DNA from: an uncultured Orrella sp.
GTDB taxonomy: Bacteria; Pseudomonadota; Gammaproteobacteria; Burkholderiales; Burkholderiaceae_B
DNA length: 24,000 nt
Assembly: GCA_964558695.1 (NCBI GenBank)
Contig: CAZLFB010000023.1
Span: 1-24,000, forward strand
Direction: 5' to 3'
The notes under the pieces were generated by a model. It saw only the letters and a program-made list of their open reading frames with translations. It did no database searches and had not been told where the DNA came from. The position numbers and the translations under genes are program-made. Positions 17,928 through 24,000 of the stretch are shown one piece after another. The stretch's first letter is position 1. Each line of letters starts with the position of its first letter.

Positions 17928-18785
17928 ATGCGCGTACAACCTTTCTTTGACAATGACACCTCGACCTTCACCTACGTCGTTGACAATGGCACTGGCAGTG
18001 CCTGCGCCATTATCGATTCCGTGTTGAATTACGACCCAAAGTCGGGCCGCACCAATACGGCTGGTGCTGATGCAGTCATTGAGTACGTTAAAAGTCATCA
18101 ACTAAAAACCGAATGGCTGCTTGAAACCCATGCCCACGCCGACCATCTTTCGGCAGCACCTTATCTAAAGCGACAGCTTGGTGGCAAGATCGCCATTGGC
18201 GAGTCCATTAAAACCGTTCAGGGCGTCTTCAAAAAGATCTTCAACCTTGAGCCAGAATTCCAACTCGATGGCTCACAGTTTGACCATCTCTTTAAAGCGG
18301 ACGAAGTCTTCAAAATTGGTGAGATCGAGGCACATGCATGGCATGTGCCTGGCCATACGCCAGCTGACATGGCCTACGTCGTGAATGGCGACACGGTGTT
18401 TGTCGGTGACACCCTGTTTATGCCTGACGTTGGTTCGGCCCGTTGCGACTTCCCAGGCGGCAATGCCAACACCCTGTACGCTTCCGTCAAGCGCCTGCTG
18501 GCTTTGCCACCTGAGACCAAACTCATGATGTGCCACGACTACCCGCCAGCTGGACGTGAGGTGCGCTGCGAGACCACCGTGGCTGAAGAACGGGCCAAGA
18601 ACATCCACTTGCACGATGGCGTAACCGAGCAAGAGTTCGTCAAAATGCGCAGCACCCGTGACGCGGCGCTAGCCATGCCAACGTTGCTGTTGCCATCCAT
18701 TCAGGTGAACATTCGGGCGGGCGCACTCCCACCGGCTGAGGAGAATGGCGTAAGCTACCTCAAGATCCCTCTAAATGCGGTGTGA
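17928..18785 (+). CDS. MBL-fold metallo-hydrolase, persulfide dioxygenase (Blh/ETHE1-related)-like
   Basis: GGAG lies 7 nt before the ATG. 285 aa with the metal-binding THAHADH motif, plus downstream H and D ligands (HVPGHTPADMAY, GDTLF, CHDY). The N-terminus MRVQPFFDNDTSTFTYVV resembles sulfur-dioxygenase-type MBL proteins. Context with the BigR-like repressor supports the call. Confidence 0.78.
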   Translation: MRVQPFFDNDTSTFTYVVDNGTGSACAIIDSVLNYDPKSGRTNTAGADAVIEYVKSHQLKTEWLLETHAHADHLSAAPYLKRQLGGKIAIGESIKTVQGVFKKIFNLEPEFQLDGSQFDHLFKADEVFKIGEIEAHAWHVPGHTPADMAYVVNGDTVFVGDTLFMPDVGSARCDFPGGNANTLYASVKRLLALPPETKLMMCHDYPPAGREVRCETTVAEERAKNIHLHDGVTEQEFVKMRSTRDAALAMPTLLLPSIQVNIRAGALPPAEENGVSYLKIPLNAV

Positions 18786-18794
18786 CATTAACGA

Positions 18795-20279
18795 ATGTTC
18801 GAACTGGCCGAGTCTGACCCAATCCTGCCTGATCCTGAGGCCAAACACTTCATCCCCATACTGCGCACGCAACTACTGCGTGCGCAGTACAAGTTTTTAG
18901 AGCAGAAGGATCGGGCGCTCTTAATTTTGGTCAGCGGGATTGATGGTGCAGGTAAAGGTGACACCATCAACCTCTTGAACGACTGGCTCGATGCACGCCA
19001 TATCCACACGATGGCGTTCACGCGCCCCACCGAGCAAGAACGGGTGTACCCCCGGCAGTATCGCTTTTGGCGCGCTTTGCCAGCCAAAGGTGAAATCGGC
19101 ATCGTGTTCGGTTCAGGCTATGCGCCATTAATGGACGAGGCGCTAAAGAAGCGCCCAGATCCGGACAAACTTGAAGAGTTAATCCTGACTGCCAGACGAT
19201 ATGAAGCTGACTTGGTCGCCAACGGCGTTCAGGTCATCAAGCTTTGGTTTCATCTGTCCAAAGCGGCTCAGCGCGCACGCATGCAAGAGTTGTTGCTTAA
19301 TCCATCGACCGCGTGGAAGGTGGGGCCAGAAGACCACACGGTGGCCAAGCGCTTCAAGCGCTTGCGTCGCGCCGCCCAACGCGTGATCGAAGCAACCGAC
19401 GCCGGTCATGCGCCATGGACGATCATCCCGGCTGCTGACGAGAACACTCGCATGGTGCGCACTGGGCAAGCTGTCCTGACCGCACTACAAAGAAAAACTG
19501 TGCGTGTGCCAGCGGTGCACGACCCGGCTGAACCGCCCAAACTTAAGCGACCCTCCAATCCCTTAGCAAGGCTTGACTTCACTGCCGAACTATCCAAGGA
19601 CGACTACGAGACCGCCTTGCTTCATTGGCAAAATCGCTTGGCCAATTTGGTGCGCAGTCAACGCTTTCGGGACAAACATGCACTGATGGTTGTGTTTGAA
19701 GGCTCAGACGCGGCAGGCAAGGGTGGCGCCATACGTCGCATCACCCAGGCAATCGATGCACGTCAGTACGACATCATGCCGGTCGCTGCGCCCAAGCCAT
19801 TTGAACTTGATCGTCCCTATTTGTGGCGGTTCTGGCGACATGTACCCCGACTTGGCCGGATTTCAATTTTTGACCGCTCCTGGTACGGCCGGGTGCTCGT
19901 CGAACGCGTCGAAAACCTGGTGCCCCCTTCAGTCTGGCGACGGGCATATGGTGAGATCAATGGGTTTGAACAACAATTGACGCACGATGGCGTGATTGTG
20001 GTGAAGTTTTGGCTGGCGATCACCCCCGAGGAGCAACTAAAGCGCTTCAAAGAGCGAGAAGCCCACCCCTATAAGCAATACAAACTCACTCCGGAAGACT
20101 GGCGCAACCGCCGCAAATGGTCGGCGTATGAAGCAGCAAGCACCGCCATGCTGACACACACCAATACAAACCATGCAGGCTGGCACTTGGTGGCAGCCAA
20201 CGACAAACGCCACGCTCGTATTGAGGTGCTCAAACAATTGGTCAAGCGCATCGAAGAAGTCATCAAAGATGGTAACTAG
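18795..20279 (+). CDS. Two-domain polyphosphate kinase 2 family protein (polyphosphate:AMP phosphotransferase-like)
   Basis: 494 aa containing two PPK2 repeats, each with its own P-loop: SGIDGAGKGDTIN and EGSDAAGKGGAIR. Each is followed by RFW.....G.I.IFDRSWY-type motifs. The start lies 9 nt after the MBL stop. Confidence 0.85.
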   Translation: MFELAESDPILPDPEAKHFIPILRTQLLRAQYKFLEQKDRALLILVSGIDGAGKGDTINLLNDWLDARHIHTMAFTRPTEQERVYPRQYRFWRALPAKGEIGIVFGSGYAPLMDEALKKRPDPDKLEELILTARRYEADLVANGVQVIKLWFHLSKAAQRARMQELLLNPSTAWKVGPEDHTVAKRFKRLRRAAQRVIEATDAGHAPWTIIPAADENTRMVRTGQAVLTALQRKTVRVPAVHDPAEPPKLKRPSNPLARLDFTAELSKDDYETALLHWQNRLANLVRSQRFRDKHALMVVFEGSDAAGKGGAIRRITQAIDARQYDIMPVAAPKPFELDRPYLWRFWRHVPRLGRISIFDRSWYGRVLVERVENLVPPSVWRRAYGEINGFEQQLTHDGVIVVKFWLAITPEEQLKRFKEREAHPYKQYKLTPEDWRNRRKWSAYEAASTAMLTHTNTNHAGWHLVAANDKRHARIEVLKQLVKRIEEVIKDGN

Positions 20280-20283
20280 TCAA

Positions 20284-20706
20284 ATGCATTGCCCGCTTTG
20301 CATCACACCATTGCCGGGCGAGGTGGTGCATTCTGAGCGTTGGGCAATCATCGATGCGCAGGAGCCGATGTTTCCAGGCTTTACCCGCGTTATTTGGTTG
20401 GCCCATGTCGCCGAGATGACTGACCTAACCATCCAAGCACGACAGGAACTAATGGAGATCGTTTTTGTGGTGGAGACAGTCATGCGCCAGACCCTTGCTC
20501 CCCACAAAATAAACCTCGCGAGCCTTGGTAACCAAGTACCCCATCTGCATTGGCATGTCATACCGCGCTGGCCCGAAGATGCTGCATTCCCGGCCTCCGT
20601 CTGGACACCTGGGCAAGACACTGAGGCAGCACAAGAGCGTCGCATTGAAGTGCAAGGGGCGGTCAAGCATTATCATCAAGCTTTGATTCAACGCCTGACA
20701 TCCTAA
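20284..20706 (+). CDS. HIT (histidine triad) family hydrolase
   Basis: ORF 20173..20706 trimmed. ATG 20284 lies 4 nt after the PPK2 stop; ATG 20269, overlapping the PPK2 3' end, is an alternative. The histidine triad is VPHLHWHVIPR. Confidence 0.8.
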   Translation: MHCPLCITPLPGEVVHSERWAIIDAQEPMFPGFTRVIWLAHVAEMTDLTIQARQELMEIVFVVETVMRQTLAPHKINLASLGNQVPHLHWHVIPRWPEDAAFPASVWTPGQDTEAAQERRIEVQGAVKHYHQALIQRLTS

Positions 20707-20708
20707 CC

Positions 20709-21626
20709 ATGACCACGACACCCCAAGTTGCCTGGCGCTCTATGCTGTTTGTGCCGGCCAACAGTGACAAGTTTTTACAGAGCGCGCTAAAACGCTCGGC
20801 CGATGCCATTCAACTAGACCTGGAAGACGCCTGCCCACCTGATCTGAAACAATCAACGCGCGAGCGTATTGGTGAACTGGCACAGCGCTGTGCAGATCAC
20901 GGATTTGACGTGATTGTGCGCGTGAACCGCCCTTGGCGACTGCTGCTGCGCGATCTTGAAGCTTGCGTGCACCCAGCCATCAAGGCGTTGACACTACCGA
21001 AAGTACCTGACGGCTCATTTATTCGATCGGTGGCAGAAGTACTGGCCGAGGTCGAGCAAGAAAAAGGCCTACCGATTGGTCACACCCAACTGATTGCCAT
21101 GGTAGAGGACGCTGACGGGCTAGCCAACATGGACGACATTGCGCGCGCGCACTCACGCGTCTACGGCATGATCGTGGGTGCTGAGGACTTGGCTGTTTCA
21201 TTGCGTATGGCCGTTGACGCAGATGGGCTCTATGTACCCAATGTCATGGCGGTTGCTGCCTGCCGACGCGCTGGCATCGTACCCATCGGATTTGTGGGAT
21301 CGGTGGCGGACTTCGCGGACCAAGATAAATTCCGTCAAACCGTTCAAAGGGCCGCACGGCTCGGATTTGAAGGAGCCTTTTGTATTCACCCCACCCAAGT
21401 TGATGCCGCCAACGATGCGTTTAGTCCTGACCCAAAGGCAGTTGAACGTGCCAGGTCGCTACTGGCCACGTTTGAGCAAGCTCGGGCAGCCAACCAGGCC
21501 ACTTGCACCTTTGAAGGGCGCATGGTCGATGCGCCCGTGGTGGCACAAGCGCAACTGCTCATTGAGCGCGCTGACGCACTGAAAGCCATATTGGCGCGCC
21601 GCCAGAGTTCGCATCGTGGCGCCTGA
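20709..21626 (+). CDS. HpcH/HpaI aldolase / citrate lyase beta-subunit (CitE)-like protein
   Basis: 305 aa. SMLFVPANSDKFLQSALKRSADAIQLDLEDA is the typical CitE-family N-terminus, with a later GAEDLA motif. The start lies 2 nt after the HIT stop. Confidence 0.8.
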   Translation: MTTTPQVAWRSMLFVPANSDKFLQSALKRSADAIQLDLEDACPPDLKQSTRERIGELAQRCADHGFDVIVRVNRPWRLLLRDLEACVHPAIKALTLPKVPDGSFIRSVAEVLAEVEQEKGLPIGHTQLIAMVEDADGLANMDDIARAHSRVYGMIVGAEDLAVSLRMAVDADGLYVPNVMAVAACRRAGIVPIGFVGSVADFADQDKFRQTVQRAARLGFEGAFCIHPTQVDAANDAFSPDPKAVERARSLLATFEQARAANQATCTFEGRMVDAPVVAQAQLLIERADALKAILARRQSSHRGA

Positions 21627-21649
21627 AGTATCTGACGCAACTGACTCAG

Positions 21650-22375
21650 ATGCCCAGTAACCAACTGCGTGATGTATCAGCGCTCAATATTGATAGCTTG
21701 CCGGAGCACTGGCGTGCCATATTGTGTGTGCCGCCCGCCAGCACCCAACTGGCCATCACGGAAGCGGCCATCAGAGCAGAACTAGCAGCTGGCGCAACTA
21801 TCTATCCGAGTGACCCATGGCGTGCACTGCGGCTGACTCAATACGATGAGGTCAAGGTTGTGATCCTGGGCCAAGACCCCTATCACGGTCCCGGCCAAGC
21901 TCAGGGCCTGGCGTTCTCGGTTGCATCGGACTACAAAACGCCCCCGAGCCTCAAGAACATCTTTGCGGAGATTGCCCAAGACCCCCTGCTAGCCACCGAT
22001 GGCTTAAAACCACAGCCCAATCCTGATCTAACCCGGTGGGCCAAACAAGGCGTGTTGCTTTTAAACACTTCCTTGACCGTGCGAGACGGGCTTGCCGCTT
22101 CGCATGCCAAGCTTGGCTGGCAAATCGTGACAGACGCTGTAATTGCAGCCGTGGCCAAACGTCAAACTCCTACCGTCTTCATGCTTTGGGGTGCACACGC
22201 GCAAGCCAAGACCGACCTCATTCAAGCGCATGGCAGGCAACATCTGATTCTGTCAGCCAATCACCCATCACCGCTATCTGCGCGCAGACCACCTGTGCCA
22301 TTTCTGGGGTGCGGGCATTTTGGGAGGGCCAATGAATGGTTGGGGGGTCAGGGGTTACAGGTAGTCTGTTGGTAA
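21650..22375 (+). CDS. ung: Uracil-DNA glycosylase, family 1
   Basis: 241 aa. The catalytic water-activating loop GQDPYHG, GLAFSV, LLLN and the C-terminal HPSPLSA leucine-loop motif are present. Confidence 0.92.
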   Translation: MPSNQLRDVSALNIDSLPEHWRAILCVPPASTQLAITEAAIRAELAAGATIYPSDPWRALRLTQYDEVKVVILGQDPYHGPGQAQGLAFSVASDYKTPPSLKNIFAEIAQDPLLATDGLKPQPNPDLTRWAKQGVLLLNTSLTVRDGLAASHAKLGWQIVTDAVIAAVAKRQTPTVFMLWGAHAQAKTDLIQAHGRQHLILSANHPSPLSARRPPVPFLGCGHFGRANEWLGGQGLQVVCW

Positions 22376-22436
22376 GTCTAGAACGGCAGTACAAGGTCAA
22401 TCCGAACGATTCAGCCAACACCACCTCCGAGGACAA

Positions 22437-22796
22437 CTAAAGTTGTGTCTTCATAGCTTCGACTATCATTAATAAAGCTTGAATGTCCTCAAGGATTGCC
22501 GCCCGATCCAATGCCTGCTCGAATTCCATGAGACCTGATTCGTATCGAGCCTGCACTGCAAACATGTTGAGCTCAACTAAATGCCAATACCCCTCAGCCC
22601 CTTTGGCACCCGCCTCTTCTAGCAATGCCAGCAAGCGGGAGACATCATGGGTTAGTGGAAAGTCTACAAACAACAGCGCAAGCCAGGCCTTAAGAGATTT
22701 TTATACTGCTTGTTGAGCATGAAACCCAAAAATCTCATCCGCAAACAAAGGGTTGTCGATCATGCCACGCAAGGCATCAAAATCCTTGCGCGCCAT
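22437..22796 (-). pseudogene. HEPN-domain protein gene interrupted by an in-frame TAA (partner of the upstream MNT)
   Basis: Hand translation of the minus strand from ATG 22796 gives MARKDFDALRGMIDNPLFADEIFGFHAQQAV, then TAA (22703..22701). The same frame continues KSLKAWLALLFVDFPLTHDVSRLLALLEE..., matching track ORF 22437..22673. HEPN proteins typically read FHaQQavEKaLKA here, so TAA replaces an expected GAA (Glu). An intact gene would encode 119 aa. Confidence 0.72.
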
Positions 22797-22818
22797 GATT
22801 AAGAGGTTCCGTGCGTAC

Positions 22819-23154
22819 TCAGGTGCTGGCATGTAAAACTTTTCCCTCACGTTGAGCTCGACCAATGATGTGATGGCTTATATGCTTGAACTTATCAAAC
22901 TCATCCCTACTGTAGAGCAACAGGTCTTTGGCAACCGGCAACTTGCGCAATGCCAAGTAAAGACGAGCAGTTTCTTTCCTTCGGCTTCGATCAAGACCAA
23001 ACGGCTCACGCTCAACAATCAGCAAATCTACGTCTGAGTCAGTCCGAGCGTCACCTCGCGCGTGCGATCCAAACAGAATAATTTGCTCAGGATCTGCGAC
23101 CCGAACAATCGTATCGACCATTTCTTGAATCATGTTGTCATGGACATCGCTCAT
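22819..23154 (-). CDS. Minimal nucleotidyltransferase (MNT, NTP_transf_2 domain), 111 aa
   Basis: ORF 22819..23205 trimmed to ATG 23154, which is preceded by AGGAGG. The GSHARGDARTDSDVDLLIV motif is the G-S-x-x-R-G ... D-x-D nucleotidyltransferase signature. It lies immediately upstream of the HEPN gene. Confidence 0.82.
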   Translation of the reverse strand: MSDVHDNMIQEMVDTIVRVADPEQIILFGSHARGDARTDSDVDLLIVEREPFGLDRSRRKETARLYLALRKLPVAKDLLLYSRDEFDKFKHISHHIIGRAQREGKVLHAST

Positions 23155-23528
23155 TGGAAATGCCTCCTGAGATGCGCACTTTATTCTCGCCATTCTTGCA
23201 TGCATTCAATGATACCTTCCAACGGCAAATGTTAGTTTGAAAAGCTGATCGCAAAGTCATACCCTTACAAGCTAGGACGCCGGAAACAGCACTATCGGTG
23301 TTGTGGTCAACCCCGTGAAACCATCAAGCAGTGAAGAGACAAAGGCTCACTCTTAGATCCACAGCAAATTGCACTGCTAGGGTTTCTACTAGATCTATAT
23401 CGAAAAATAGACTACACTCTTGGCTCACGTTAATTTTTAATCGCTTCCTGACCCTCTTTCCTTTCGCGGCTGACAAAGCCCTAGTATGCGTTCGGTTGTC
23501 CCGGTCGGCACGATTCAAAGGAAAGAAG

Positions 23529-24000
23529 ATGTCATTTCAAGCACTCGGGCTTGCTGCCCCATTGCTGGCCGCTATTTCGCGCGCCGGTTTCTCAGAAGCA
23601 ACAGCCGTTCAACAACAAGCCATTCCTGCCGCTTTGCAAGGCCAGGATCTCATGGTGTCCGCACAAACTGGCAGTGGCAAAACCGCAGCCTTCATGTTGC
23701 CCGCACTTCATCGTTTAAGCCAGCAAGCTGGCAATGGTGGTCGTGGCGTGCAGGTACTGGTTCTTACCCCCACGCGTGAATTGGCCATGCAGGTCAGCGA
23801 AGCCGCCAGTCTTCTTGGCAGCCAGCTTAAGGGTCTGCGCGTTGCCACCGTTGTCGGTGGCATGCCTTACGGCGCCCAGCTCAAAGCGCTGTCCCAGCGC
23901 GTGGATGTATTGGTTGCCACGCCTGGTCGCCTCATGGACCACATGCAAAGCAAGCGCGTTGACCTGTCAACCGTGCACACTTTGATTCTGGATGAAGCTG
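23529..24000 (+). CDS. DEAD-box ATP-dependent RNA helicase (RhlE-like), 5' partial; continues beyond the window
   Basis: Not in the ORF track because it has no stop in the window. Hand translation from ATG 23529 gives MSFQALGLAAPLLAAISRAGFSEATAVQQQAIP (Q motif), AQTGSGKT (motif I), PTRELA (Ia), TPGRL, and LILDEA at the window edge (DEAD box). Confidence 0.9.
   Translation, partial: MSFQALGLAAPLLAAISRAGFSEATAVQQQAIPAALQGQDLMVSAQTGSGKTAAFMLPALHRLSQQAGNGGRGVQVLVLTPTRELAMQVSEAASLLGSQLKGLRVATVVGGMPYGAQLKALSQRVDVLVATPGRLMDHMQSKRVDLSTVHTLILDEA

Noticed and set aside
20280-20721. 128-aa and 90-aa minus-strand ORFs
   Set aside because: They are antisense to the HIT gene and the citE start, with no supporting motifs or RBS.
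23324-23518. 64-aa minus-strand ORF in the gap upstream of the helicase gene
   Set aside because: It has no RBS. The translation is highly basic and low-complexity (RADRDNRTHTRALSAAKGKRVRKRLK), matches no known family, and has no obvious promoter.
1-24000. Window-wide search for CRISPR repeats, IS elements or transposases, integrases, tRNA/rRNA genes and long dispersed repeats
   Set aside because: No transposase- or integrase-like translation appears in any listed ORF. No regularly spaced repeats were seen. No cloverleaf-like or rRNA-like segments turned up in the intergenic regions I read. A by-eye scan can miss short or degenerate elements.

Overview
This window looks like a chromosomal segment from a betaproteobacterium. 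The Burkholderiales-like assignment is an inference from the apaG / rpe-gph-trpEGDC gene order and mid-to-high G+C, not a database result. Most of it is housekeeping.

Gene content, left to right:
- the tail of a membrane-protein gene
- an LldD-like FMN dehydrogenase
- a translationally coupled tripartite ABC exporter (HlyD adaptor, FtsX/MacB-type permease, ATPase)
- a small low-GC islet carrying a DUF4160/DUF2442 gene pair
- an MHS-type MFS transporter
- a minus-strand cluster: AI-2E transporter, DsbC, UbiH/VisC-family monooxygenase, MltA, ApaG
- rpe-gph, then a Trp-rich leader peptide plus terminator hairpin (a classical attenuator, absent from the ORF track), then trpE-trpG-trpD-trpC
- a BigR/SqrR/YgaV-type persulfide-sensor locus: an ArsR-family repressor plus a stand-alone DUF2892 membrane peptide, divergent from an MBL-fold persulfide-dioxygenase-like gene
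- a tightly packed string downstream of that MBL gene: two-domain PPK2, HIT hydrolase, CitE-like lyase and ung
- a second low-GC islet with an MNT/HEPN pair, in which the HEPN gene carries an in-frame TAA
- the 5' part of a DEAD-box RNA helicase gene

I saw no rRNA, tRNA, CRISPR array, transposase or integrase. I could not find a large, clearly novel multi-gene system.

The observations most worth follow-up:
- the nonsense-interrupted HEPN partner of an intact MNT
- the uncharacterised DUF4160/DUF2442 cassette, with its own palindrome and tandem repeat
- the unannotated trp leader/attenuator
- the sulfide-sensor promoter architecture and the unusual gene string behind it
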